Shown here: positions 45,722-59,045 of the stretch, piece after piece
Numbering within the stretch: position 1 is the stretch's first letter
Layout of the letters: the number at the start of each line of letters is the position of its first letter
Origin: Kudoa neothunni
Lineage: Eukaryota > Animalia > Cnidaria
Assembly (NCBI GenBank): GCA_964304625.1
Contig: OZ199840.1
Span: 8,581,487-8,645,486, forward strand
Direction of reading: 5' to 3'
DNA length: 64,000 nucleotides
Program-made: the position numbers and the translations under genes
The notes under the pieces: model-generated
What the model was told of the DNA's origin: nothing
The model's input: the letters and a program-made list of their open reading frames with translations, nothing else
The model's database searches: none

Positions 45722-47649
45722 TTAATTAACTCATAGAAGGAATTAAATGGAAAAAAATATTGTGTGTAATACTTTTAACGAATTTTATTAGCGAACTTAA
45801 AATTTATATAAATTTAGGGATATCATTAAAATAGGAAAAATACAATGTTTCTAGAGTTAATCTGTTGACTATTAATTTTATTATTCTAATACTAAATTTA
45901 TCCAGCATTATTTTTAGTCCACTCTTAGACACAATTGTGAATCTCCCTAGTACCAACTTAATTAAAATTTCCGAATAAAGTAAGATTATATCCATATATA
46001 ATTTTATTTCTAAAGATTCGTATTATCGGGCGTCTTTATTAAAATATAAAGGTACAATCCTAGTATTCAATCGTCTGTAACCCCTCTAATTTTAACTCAC
46101 CGCCAATTGAGAAAATGCGAACCTTTTTGTAATATTTAAAACAAAAGAAAAACTTAATATTGTATGTTTCAGAATAATGAGTGTTTTTCGCGTATCTACT
46201 CTATTTATACAAATAGATAGAATTGAGAAATTACTGCTTTATTATAGAATATAACGACATGTTAATCTCAACTAACTATGGCTTAAAAATAAGCGAGTTT
46301 TAATACACATATAAGTGAAAAACTCCAATTAAAAATTTTCGAATCATTAAAATCACCATTTCCTTGAATTACTTTGCATTTATAATATTTCTAGAACAAT
46401 TAAAGGATTTTTCACATATCATGAACATTAAATATCCAAAAAATGACAATCCATATCAAGATTTGTTGACGGGACTCCACGAGACAGTTACTAGAGCTCC
46501 AATACTCATAACTAGATTCAACCAAAAAATCGTATCGCCAAGAATGCTTCGTACGTAATGTACGATTTTACGCAATTGGAGTCTGTCTTGAATGTAAATT
46601 ATGTGCGCAATTGAAGCTAAATAAGACTGATAAACAAATAGCCATTTTATGAATTTTACTGAAAATTCATGTTTTTAATCAACTATTTTCTATTTATTGG
46701 TATATAAAATAAGATAATAAGCTCTTTCCTTTTTATTCATAAATAAACAATTTTATTAAATTTGTAAATTATCTTCATTAAAATGAAAAGATACATATTA
46801 TGTGTCGAAATACTAAAAATCTTATTATTCATGCGTTGAGTAAATCATATGATAAGTAAGAATTAAAGTTTAATTAACGTTCAGATTAATCTATTAATAT
46901 TGTTTGTTGAGTTGTTTTAGATTGTAATATTTCAAATTAGAATTAATTTGCGCTCAAATTATATATAAACTAAAAGGTTACCTTCTAAAATAGGTCAGAG
47001 ATTCGTGTGTATCATTTAATTTTAAATTTTAAATTAAATAAAAAATTACAAACATCCGTTATATATATACGCATGCGCGAAATTCGTTTCTAATATTTTT
47101 CGTTGAAATATTAAATAGCTTATTTATAAATTATAATTATTTTTTTTAATTGAAAACCTCTAGATTTAATTATTGTCCAAAAAAGACATGAAAACAATAA
47201 AACATTTTTTTATATCAATTGTATTTATTTTCTCTTTTTGTAGTTATTTTTTCGTTAAAGTAAACTGCCTTATTCATTATTTATAATTTCTGAAGAAATA
47301 ATTGTTCAAGCCCGAAAAAATCTGTTTCATAATTTTTATTTTTAGAAATGCGGAGTTTTCATCACAAATGGTAAGGGGTGAGGAAACTATAATCTAAAAT
47401 GATGTGGGAAGCGATTCCTTGATTATTATAATTATAAAATGCCCAAAATAACAAAAAACCATTTTAAACAAATAAATATATTAATAATTTTATGAATAAG
47501 CAATCAATATAAATTCTTAAATAAAAAATTGATGAAAATTTCAACGGCATGCACCCAAATAATGATGAATGTTTAAATTATATCAAAAATAAATTGAGTC
47601 GATTCTAAATAAAAAGAAAAATTTCAAAAAATAATAATATAAGTTGATT

Positions 47650-48421
47650 TTAGTAACAATTGCCATCAGTAACCGAGTTGGTTGGAGCCTGGTCTCGCAT
47701 TAAAAAGGAAATGTGACGGCTTTTACGAATTAGCTTTCCATTGAAAAATGAATCCTCTTTTTTCAACACCTCGTGAGTGCATTTGTAACGGGCGAATCCA
47801 CTGAATGAATACAACGACAGGGGCTCAATTAAAAAGTCTACAAAATTGACTGAGTTTTCAACTTCTACGATTCTCAGAATGATGCTGCTTAACAAAGCGA
47901 TTCCCGACACCACAGTACCACATGCCTATATACAATATTAAGCATAGAATACAATATTAATCAAGTGTAGTCGATTTTACTTCTACGTTATCCACATGGG
48001 GATTCACATGTCTAAAATTGATGTGAAATTGTTTCAACCAACTGTGTAAAATACCCATCTTCATTTATATCGAGAACGTGAATTTTTGGCAGAATTTTTA
48101 AATGGTTTGGTTTGTATATGGCGGAATATTGTTTTGCAAATATGCGTAGATTTTCTTTGGCCCAACATTCTTTTTCGATTTCTCGATAGTTGGTAATTGC
48201 CTTTATAGACAAAATAATTGGCGTAATCAATACAAAATTATGTTCTATTATTGAAATACATTATCCCAGTGTTTTTCAAGATATCTCATCTTGGAAAGCA
48301 GTGGGTTCACCTCATGGACCAAACTCTTCGACTCCTGTTCGTTAACAAAGTTTGGTATCAATTTGGTGGAATCCAATATTCGTTTACAAGAAATTGATTT
48401 TAAGCATGAAGCTGTATACAT
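47650..48421 (-). CDS. ALKBH7: Alpha-ketoglutarate-dependent dioxygenase AlkB homolog 7 (4 exons)
   Basis: The spliced product contains RYLEKHWDNAITNYREIEK, IHVLDINEDGHVNPHVD, GIALLS, EPLSLY..SGFARY...HEVL...SFF and RHISFLMR. The HxD...H iron triad and RxxxxxR are intact. Confidence 0.9.
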
Positions 48422-48799
48422 TTATAATTAGTGTTTAATTTTAAAAATTTAAATCCTATAATGTCGATATTTGCTAGTGTTGTGCATGCGCAGTAATAAC
48501 GTTAAATATGCTGGGAAGGTATTAAAAAATTTGTTCCACAACTAGCTAAAAAATTAGAAGAAAAAATATATTTTGACGCTTTGAATTAATTATAATGTTA
48601 TATAATAAAAATTAACGATGAAATTTTTTACTTTAAATAATATGTAAAATATCGTAGATCACACAGATTCCTTAAAATCCAACGTGTAATGTAAAAAAAA
48701 TGATTACTAAATTTAAGGAAGATTATTTTTAATTATGATGCTAATAAAATATTGTTGGAAATAATTACGCATATTCGTCATGTTATTCGGACAAAATTT

Positions 48800-49700
48800 C
48801 ATCGCCTTTGTATGATGGATTTCAGTAGTTGGATCTTTTTCCCTGTCATTTATTTTAGCTTAAAGCAGACTCCCTCAATTTTATTAGGGAAAGGGAGAAT
48901 ATGGTGGTAAAGATAGAGTTAGATGATTTTCTTCTGCCACATCATTTATTATGTAGCTCCCTTTTGTGAGCCCTTACGTTGTTCATTATGAGCTATGTAT
49001 TTGATATAACGAAAAATCGGAATTCCACAAGAAGTTGGATTAATTAGTCAACAAATACATGCCCATTTTCTACACCTTTATGTTCTGAAGTTAAATATAT
49101 CTTATGGGTACCCATTGTAGCTCATGAGGTAATATGTTAACAGCGAACTTTTCTCGAGCTCAAATTTTCAATATTTCTAAAAAGTGTCGCATTAAAAAGA
49201 AGAATCCTAATCCGTTAATGCAACAAAAAATATAGTAGTTGATTTTTTATTGAAAATAACTAATTACATTATTATTTATTTACATTTAATTAATATTAAA
49301 TGTAATTTTTTCGTTTCTACATTCTCATTAAGGTTTGTGATTGGTAGAAAGTAGAATGAGACAATTTTTTAGTATAACAAGGAGTGAAGTTCTCCGATAA
49401 CATTAGGATTTGTCTGTACGGATATGTTAGGGTTAAATTTCGAATTCACCATTTTCACTTGAAATTTTAAATTCTTGATGTAGTCATCATTAATAAGCTG
49501 TTTTACGAATTATCTGTGTTTTAAATAATAATATGCGTTGGTTCTCATAAACTTTTTCTGTCGCTCATTGTTGATAAATCCTTCAACTTAAGAATTCTTG
49601 TGAGTATTGTCAGGTGAACTTCAAGAAACTTAGTAATTTCTATAGTTGGGATGTTTTCTTCAAAAATATATAACTCATTTAAAAGATTAACTTTGGATAA
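48800..49700 (-). mobile_element. Decayed Tc1/IS630-like transposase remnant
   Basis: Frameshifted remnants LIMNNVRAHK and LSLPPYSPF..NKIE resemble the DN..H and LPPYSP.LNPIE motifs. Boundaries are approximate. Confidence 0.5.
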
Positions 49701-50093
49701 ATATAAAATTGGAAGAAATGATATTGATTAAACTTTTTTATCTCGAGATAGTTCGATTTTACATTTGTCTTTACCGCGAAACTTTTGCATAAGCACACGT
49801 CTAATGCACCTTTAACATTAAACACCGTATTATATTTATAAATAATAAATATCTGAATTGATATAATAGTTTCAGGTGCTACACAAATTAGGAAATGATG
49901 GCAACTAATCTTCATACACAGCTATTTGAATAAAGTGTGAAATCAAACAATTGTGCCTATTCGGTAAATAAAATATTTCGGTGTCAATAGTCGAAAAGGA
50001 GCATCTATTGATTTCCACAATTAAAGTGGCATTAAAATGATTATAGCAATACGATTTTCTAAACATTAAAGTGACATACATAAATGATAATAA

Positions 50094-51889
50094 ATGAAAT
50101 CTTATAAACCGTCTGCCGATGAAACCACCATCACAACAAAAATTTCATCATCCAACGACGATGAGGACGGCCCTGAATATTCTTTTTTTAAAATTAATAG
50201 AAAGATGGTGCTTTCCAAATTGTTCTACTTTTTTTTCTTTTTTGGCAATGGTTCCCTACTTCCATACATGGCGTTACATTTCAAACAGATGCTGCTGACG
50301 CCGACTGAAGTAAGTTGGTTAAAATTAAAATGTGTGAACGCAGAATATTTATAAAAAATTTTGTAGGTAGGAGTGTTGATGGGTTTAAAACCATTCCTTA
50401 GTTTTATTGTGGTTCCAATGTGGGGGGTAGTTGTGGATCGAACGAGAAGGGCCAAACTCGTTCTCACCATCTCAATGGCAGCACTGTGTATTTTTATTAC
50501 CCTCATTGCTTTTATACGTGCACCTGATGATGCTGAAAAAATCCTGGCTCTGCATTGCAACAAAACTGACGAACGTAGTTGGAGTCCTTGGGTTGCACAA
50601 AGAGGAGTTATTGAGGGCTCCTCTGCGTCTGGCACCAACGCCCTTCAACATAATCATTATTTTCAATACTATTATCCTAAATTCTACAGATACAATGGCT
50701 ATCCATGGCCTATGGATCTTCGCTACGATCAAAATGATACTACCACTTCGAAAGATAATGACTCCTACAATATTGACGCCTCAAGCACATTCATCAAGAT
50801 ATTAACATTGCTGTTGATAGGAACTATTATTGGCTGTCCTTCGTTGGCTATTGTTGATACGTTGACTTTGAAATTGTTGGGAGATAAAAGTTACAAATAC
50901 GGCAAACAACGCCTTACAGGATCGTTGGGATGGGGATTAGGAGCTTTTATCATCGGAGCCTCCCTCTCTGCTACCCACAAATGTATTCTTCATCGACGAC
51001 TTGACCTTATCAACTACAAACCGTGTTTCTATACTTACGGCATCTCGATGTCGTTGGCTACATTTGTATGCCTTTGGTTTCGATTTGACGACCACGCCGA
51101 CACTCCCATAGAAACTCAATCTACTAAAACGCAAAATGATAGCGCTTCTTTGTTAGAATGTTGGCAGATTATCAAAAGACCAACCTACTTGTATTTTTTA
51201 TTCACAGCTCTTCTGATGGGATTCGAAATGGCTTTCATAAAAACTTATCTGTTCTGGCATCTAAAGGTGCATTCTTCAAACTTATTATGGAATAATTTTT
51301 TTATTTTGTTTCAATTTAGGATATGGGAGCTTGCCAAATTTTGTTCAGTGTTATCAGTGGAATAAATTGTGTAGCGGAAGTTAGCATGTTTTTTTTCGTG
51401 GATCGGCTCATTTTGGTATTTGGCCAAAAAGGAGTGATATACTTGGCGCTAGGATTTTACGCTGCACGTCTCTTTTATTACGCAGTTGTACCAAGCCCTT
51501 GGTGGGTTCTTGTAGTGGAAATGTTGCCAGGATTCACTACAGCCGCTGCTTGGGCCGCCTGTCTTTCGTATGTTAATGCTCAATGCACCAGCTATTTCAA
51601 AACCACAATGCAATGCATTTTGCATAGTTTCCATTGGGGTTTGGGATATGGGCTTGGAGAAGTGATTGGTGGGGTTCTAGTCCATTGGTATGGTGCGCCC
51701 TACGCCTTCAACCTCAATGGAGTTGCTTGCGTTGCAACTCTGTTGGGCTATATTGTTATAGAAAAATATTTTGCTAAAACAGACTTCTCAACTTTAGAAA
51801 ATTCTTCTTTGAATGATGAGCTTATTATAGAAGGTGCTTGTTGTAACAATACAGATTCCAAACTAACCAATAATTCCACCGATGACTGA
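50094..51889 (+). CDS. MFSD6: MFS transporter, MFSD6-like (exons 50094-50309, 50367-51266, 51320-51889)
   Basis: SKLFYFFFFFGNGSLLPY, PMWGVVVDR, YGKQRLTGSLGWG, YLFWHLKDMG, AAWAACLSY and QCILHSFHWGLGYG, with multiple TM segments. Confidence 0.85.
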
Positions 51890-53777
51890 ATCATCACAGA
51901 ACTTGTTTTTAATTGTGATTTCACTTTTAAAATGTTACCTGTTAGATATCATTACCGAATATTTAAATAATCATATTTTTATGTACATATTATTTATAAA
52001 ATATTGAATTTTTGGCGTCCTCAATTTGTTTCTATTCAATAAATATATTATACATTATATATATACATATAATTTTATTTTAATTTGTTGTTTACTTCAA
52101 TATATATATATATATATATATTTATTTATTTACCTGTTATTTAAAACAATACTTTATAAATATTATATTTTCTATAAAGTATCATTTTAGTTCGGAAAAA
52201 TATAAAATAATAATTTACAGTATTTAACATGTAATATACAATCCTTTCGTGGACATAAGTGCGTGTTATCCAGCTTTATGGTTAAGCCAAAAAATACGCG
52301 CTTATATGCAATGAATTAAAATGAAAATAAGAAAAGTTTTTATCAGCACGTTAAATAATTGAATGTGACAGATTTCAGACAGTTTAATCTGTAAATAACT
52401 CTTGAATCAGAATTTCTAGGATTAAAACTGTGTTGGCGAAGTTGTATATACCGCTTAGGATTAAACATTCCGTTCAAATAGATTCTTCACTAGCTGAACT
52501 AACATAAAATCTTAAAATATCTATTAATTTATTTTCTAATTCAGAGAGTTAAATTTGGATTTTTTACTAATCTGAGGAAGTGAATTTGAAGAATACTAAT
52601 CCTTCATTTTTTTATTAAAAATTTAATTTGAACATTAACAGAAGTATCCTTCATAATTTAAAATATATTTTCTCATCATAAAGACATTTTAATACCACTT
52701 AGGATACCGATTTATCAACTTTGCCTAGATGTCATGTGAAAAGATATCTCAAGAATATTAATAATTTTAAGTAGTTCATAGCTTAAGCATCAATAACTCA
52801 ATTATAATACAACTTTATTTTCTGGTTTACAAAAAATCTGCAACTATAAATGCTATACCTGTGACGACACAGATCAAGCAGTATAGCTCCATAACTAAAT
52901 TTGTCCAATCGTTAACTTACTAATTGTAGTTTATTTTAACTATCTAAGGTTTTTAGGAAATCTTTTAAAAATAGAATGACTAGAATATTTATGTATTTAT
53001 TTTTCGTAATATTGATTTTATCGTTTCAGAGTAGAAACAGGTCATATAAAATAATTATTGTTTGTTGATTTTAAATATCATAATAACAATTTTTTAATAA
53101 TTAACCCCCTTAAAATTTAATTACTATAACTTTTAGTTTTCTTATACGAGAAAACAATATAGGATCATTCATGAATTTTTTAAAGAAATAAGTAAACCCA
53201 CTATGAATCAAGAAGAAATATCATAAACGATATAAATATATATCACATGTTGAACAGAAAATTTTCATCATCGTTACGAGTAAAACTCATGAACCTCTTT
53301 TTGCAACTCTCATCTTGCCCGTACTCTATAATACTAAAAGCGATTGACCTCTCTTAATATTAAAGTCGTAACAGATTTAATGCTTTATTCTAAAATTTCA
53401 AGATTTATCATTTTTTATAAGGAAAAATGTTCCTTGCACGATTGAAAAAAAGAAAAACCATCAATACTTTATATTATGTATATTATAAAAAACATTTATC
53501 TCACAGTTAGGTACAATGCGAACAATTTTCCTTTTATCAGGTGCTGATGTAGTTAGGTATAATAAAAATTATTTACATTAAATAAATGTATATTATGTTC
53601 CATAATTACCACGGTGTTAAAAAATTGAATATATAATATTATTAAAGTATATGATCGACATGTTTAGCTAATTGAAAATTTCTTTAATCTTATTCACGTA
53701 TTAACTGTTCGCCTATTCTTTATATACGATAATTATTCCATATTCTTAATTGTTTATTACAAATTCTTTATAAAAAA

Positions 53778-55239
53778 ATGAATACTCTATTTTATACAAT
53801 AATTTTTATTCTATCATTTTCTAAGAGCTGGTTTGGTAATTAGTATATTTCCATTTCACCTTTACCACGTTTACTAGACCCCATATTACCATCTTATGAA
53901 AGAGATGAAGGAGATTGGCCCATCGATGTTGTTAAAAGTATGGATAGTGTCATCGACCGTTGGTTCATTGATATCAATGATGCCAAATGTAAGCCTCTAG
54001 AATATCGGGGTATCAAAGGGAATTATAACAATTTTGCCTCAAAGGGACTCTGTGAAATGCATGGTATATCGTAAATTAAAATTTGTAATATTAATATTAA
54101 TATTCGTTAAAGGTAAGTTAACTGTACGGGAAAAATTAAAAGGATGTAAAAAACCAATGCATCCAGGACACTGTGTAAAAAATACAGGAACAACCCCGAA
54201 GTACTACTTTGATCAGACTACTGCTAGATGCGTAGGATTCACCTATAATGGATGTGGAGGAAGTTTTAATAGATATGAAAATGAAGAAGAATGTTATTTA
54301 TATTGTCTAAGTACATCGCACTGACTTGAATGTTAAAAATTAATGTATATTTTGCATTAGATAAAAAAAATGGAGGGCTCACAAACGCTGATGATGAAAA
54401 AATAAAATCTCTTAATACTAACGGAGACTATTTAGTACCGAATTCTTTAGATTGTGATCTAAAGCCGGACGTTAAAGATAAAGACCCAGGCACTGCAATT
54501 ATTGCTGATACCAATAACAACAAGTGTGCGTTTGCTGCAGTCTCCATTGATTCGAATACAAGAGGAATATTCAGGACGTTTTCTGAATGCGTCAAAAAAT
54601 GTTATCGTATACATATTATTTTATTTCAGCTTTTTAATATTTTATAGCACATAGATATGATGCGACCGGCAACAATATAACTAATAAGAACAAGAGAGCA
54701 CGTGCATGCGATACGACACCTTACCAGCTCGCGTTCACAAGTGAAGATCGAGTGATTTTCAGATACTACTATGATTCTACCGATAAAGTATGCAAGCGTA
54801 TGGAAACTGGCCAGCCTTCAGATGGTGAGATTGTCTTCGATAAAGACAACAATAACTTTCCAACGATGGAAATGTGCCACAGTTATTGTGGTGCGGGTAT
54901 AAAACCTTATTTATATTAGGAGTAAAGTTGACGATTTTTCACATCAGATTCCGTTATTATTTAAACTTATTAACAATAAACTTAGACAACTACAAGAAAG
55001 AAATAAAAATTGAAGAAACATGTACCAAAAAAAACGAAGGTGTCGCTACTGGTAGTAGTACATTTAAAGTAAAAAGATACTACTACAATGTAGATGAAAA
55101 CAAATGCAAACTATTTGAATACCAAGGTTATGGTGGTAATTCAAACAATTTTAAAAGTGGAACAGAGTGTCAAAAAATATGCGGAGGCCATTATAATGAA
55201 GGGAAAGAGGTTACGATAGAGCCTACCGCGGATACATGA
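53778..55239 (+). CDS. Secreted protein with five Kunitz/BPTI-like domains (6 exons)
   Basis: Signal peptide MNTLFYTIIFILSFSKSWF. Five exons joined by phase-1 introns, each carrying Kunitz motifs (RYYY...C..F.Y.G..GN.NNF....C...C). Confidence 0.88.
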
Positions 55240-55927
55240 TTGAAAACCAAAAAGAAATCTATCTTTATTGCAAGGAACGTACTGAAATATTAGTTTTCCA
55301 TTTGGTATAACCTTTTATTAAATTTTTTTATTTAATAAATGGTGGTAAAACCGATATATAGAAGTATAGTCAAATTTTTGTATTCGCATTATTTGATTTA
55401 TGTAAATCAAATAATCATGATAAATCCACGCCATTGGGATTTATTACTTCTTTTTATATACTGTCTCATAATTAGGTCAAAAATTTCCCCAAATGTGTTT
55501 ATATGATGTCTAATGAACACTACGAAGAAACTATTTAAAATATTTTATGGATTTTTGTAATATTTTTGTAATACATACTGGTTCCATGTCTAATTTTTAG
55601 TATAATCTATTTATCAAATAAAAATGTTAATAACTTTAAATTTTCTGTTAATTGAACTGTCAGAAAAGATAAAATACAATGAAGGGAATAGTAGAGCGAC
55701 TATTTGCGTTTCGCCAACAAATATACTCATTTTATGATTTCATCGATATAATTATTTAAAAATTATTATTTCATGTATATCATGTCAAAAAATATTGTTT
55801 CAGACGTTTATTTGAGCTTTAAATTATCGAATAAAACATTTGGTACATGAATCATTTCAACGCCTCCTATTCCGACGATTTGTGTCAGCATTCGTATACT
55901 CAGAGACAAAATAAACCGAAGAAAGAT

Positions 55928-56335
55928 AGTCTCAGTAGTGTGGTGACTGCACTCAATATCCGTAAGCACCGGTTATGTACGACCCCCGCTGCCGGTCGGT
56001 TTACTGTTCTCTTACGAATCTTTCTCTATTCTTTTAATGTAAGCTGTTGTTAGAGTGTGATGGCACTATAAATGTATCTTCGTCTGCCGTACTAATTCGA
56101 TCTAGAAGAGGAGGTTGAGTTAGACGTTTGGATCGACAGGAATGAATGAACCAACTTTAAATCGCTGTAGAGCCGTAGTCTTTATGGATACGGCTTTGGG
56201 GTAGTGGTTGCCCCTGAAAACGAAGATGTATAGTGGATTTCACGCCTTCATTACCACAGAAGGATAAGGGACGAGAGGGTAGATGCTAATCGTCCTTTGT
56301 ACCTACAGCGTTCACCGGGAGCTTATCTTGTAAAC
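55928..56335 (+). mobile_element. tRNA-derived SINE, copy C (diverged)
   Basis: Degenerate A/B boxes (TAGTGTGGTG; TGTACGACCCC). Core GGCTTTGGGGTAGTGGTTGCCCCTGAAAACGAAGATGTATAGTGG and tail ATCTTGTAAACAA are shared with copies A and B. Possible TSD AAGAAA(G/T)AT. Confidence 0.6.
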
Positions 56336-56590
56336 AAGAAATATGAATAAAATAAGAAACACATTGATAATTTGAACGAGTGTCTTTTACAAACCAGATA
56401 ATCAAAGTATCTTTTTATTGCCAGATATTAAAAAACGTTTTTTTTTGTTCATCCCTCAAATAGCTTTGTTATGGTTTGACATATAAAACTGAAAAGTTAA
56501 TTAAATTAAACTCCGAGTATTTGAGAATTTGTTGAGAAATTACACCTAGATGTTGTTAGTTAGATATCTAGGATTCAATTCTTGAAATTA

Positions 56591-57432
56591 TCGTATATAC
56601 TTGAGTAAAAGCCGCAGTTATTTATCGAAAGAAGTTTCAAAACGCATACCCGATTTATACAAATGACATAGGCTTAAAAATAAGGATAATTACTAGAAAA
56701 AAAGTATTATTTTTCCGGAATAAATTAATTTTCCAATTTAAATATTATAACTTGAATTAAAATAAAAATCATCAATTTTGAAGTGAATTTATAAGAAGTA
56801 ATTTCTATAACTTTGTTAGCACAATGGAATCGCATAAAAAGAGATATTACGATGCTAAATTCAAATTAAAAGTCTTAAACTATGTTTTAGCCTATGATAG
56901 CAATCGAACGCAGCCACAAGATATGGAATCAAAGAAAAATTAGTGATTGATTGGAGAAAGATTTTATCCCAACAGAAAGAAATGTCTCAGATCAAAAAAG
57001 CCAACAGAGAACAGAAATCAAATTTTTCCCCCAAGGAAATTGAGTCGAACAATTAGATAAATAAACCGTGAAGTAGTGGATACACAAAGACTCGTGTGGC
57101 AATTTGACTTGAGACAAAGATACTTCCTACAAACTTCATAACATCTGCCTGCTGCTGTACACGTTTTATGAACAGATATAATTCAACCCTTAAACAAAAG
57201 AACAAGATTTTTCAAAAGTTTCTGGCCGATTTAGAGGATAAGAGTATTAATTTACACCGATTAATGAAAAATTGAAGAAAAAATATGGATTATGGCGCTT
57301 GTCGTATTAGAAACTGATGGACTACCTATGCTTTTTTATTTCCGTTAACTAAACCGTATAATGGCTAAGACTTATAACTGTCATTATTAGAACAACCGGT
57401 ATCGAATAAACACACTTTACCATTGTTTTAAC
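56591..57432 (+). mobile_element. Decayed pogo/Tigger-type transposon (5' part)
   Basis: Pogo-type left end TA|TCGTATATACTTGAGTAAAAGCCG. Remnants YDAKFKLKVL..EKLVIDWRK (Brinker-type DBD), CTRFMNRY (CENP-B HTH) and IRTTG. Confidence 0.75.
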
Positions 57433-58808
57433 CAGCGATGCCAACCCAAATAGGACATTCTTCTAAATTTTTCCCGGAAAAAATCGGACAAATCAGAATT
57501 TTTTGTAATAGCCCAAACTCATATTTAATTACGTACATAATTATTATTTAAATTGTATACATTATCATAATAATTTTTATTCTGTTAGTCTAGAAATATT
57601 ATTTGGAACTAATTTTATTAGAATTTAAAATCAAGAATATTTCGCTTTAAACCATCAAGTTACTCCTGTATCGATTTATCACTTTTGACTATTTAATGAT
57701 TTTCGTGATATTCTCGCATTTTAATTATTTACATATAATTTTTCCGTTTATAATATTTGTCATTAGTTATTTTTGCGTAATTAGTTTTCTGATGCAATGA
57801 TATCATCAATAAAAATTTAAAAATTATTTGTATTTATTAACTTGTTGCCTCCATATTCAATGCAATGAACACAAAATATGTATTTATTTATAATTTCCCT
57901 CAATCAATATAAAATATTTAGTCACATATTTACCATCTTTTCCTTTCTTTTAAATTAAATAAATAATAATTTCCCATGTCTTTCAGATAACGTAATTTTA
58001 GAATAATCGGGAGTTCATTCTACTTCATGAAAAAGCGCATATTCATTTACAATGTATTGGTTCTTGGTGTAAAATATGTTTTTTCGACGTATGGTATATA
58101 ATAAATATAATAGTTTGATTTAAAAACAAGATTTTTAGTTTATACTTTTTTAAAATTAATTTTGGAGTGAAATCGAAAATTTAGGTTCACTATTTTCCTA
58201 TCAATTGCCACGACACTTTAATTTTCTTTATTGAATTCGTTATGTAAAATCATTAATGAGTCTAAAATATGTGAAAAAATACAGATGAAATTCAATTTGT
58301 TTAAAATAATTCATTCCAATTTTCTTCGTCAATTAAAATTGGTAAATATTCGAATTTTTTTTGTATTTTTAAGTAAAAGCACATAATTTATCAAAATTGA
58401 ATCTTTCATAACTTACGTTTAGTTCTATTACAATTTTCTGTTAAATATAATATTTAAAAATTTATTTCGTTCATCATAAATAATATGATCGACATATAAG
58501 GACTGTAAAAAATATCGTTTAGATGGGCGGATTATGTTTTCATTAATAATTACAAGCACGTTACTTCGAATAATACAAATCTTTAATTTCATGTAAATTG
58601 ATGTTATGAACTAACAAAATTCTTTCAATAGAAGACTTTCAGATGGGTAATGCTTATAATTTCTGGATTGGGAGTTTAATTGCTAATATTAATGTTCAAT
58701 ATACTCTCTCAAAATGTTCGCTTCATGTTAATATTTGTTGAATAGTTTCATTCAAGTATTAAATAATTAAAAATTGAAAACAATATGAATTCACACAGCT
58801 TTGTACCA

Positions 58809-59045
58809 TTAAATTAAATAGGTCCGAGAGATACGTGAAAAGTGACTTGTCTAAAATTTAATGAATAGAAAAATTAACTCGTACCTGTGTCTGATTTTCA
58901 TTTAAATAAATTTTCGTGTGTACCAAAAACAAACGAACGAAAGAATGAGTATTACCTGCTTAGGAAGCGTGTTGACCGTTTCAGGTCGTATGGTGAAGTA
59001 TGTTTTTGTACCGTTCCCCATCTTGATATATGCTCTGTTACTCAT
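58809..59045 (-). CDS. Possible small orphan spliced ORF (45 aa) with a 6-nt micro-exon
   Basis: Exons 59045-58956, 58890-58885 and 58850-58809, with CAG|GTAATA and CAG|GTACGA donors and CAG/TAG acceptors. No recognisable homology. Confidence 0.25.

Noticed and set aside
48012-48014. Premature TAG in ALKBH7
   Set aside because: It is the acceptor of a short intron; splicing yields the conserved GHVNPHVD in frame.
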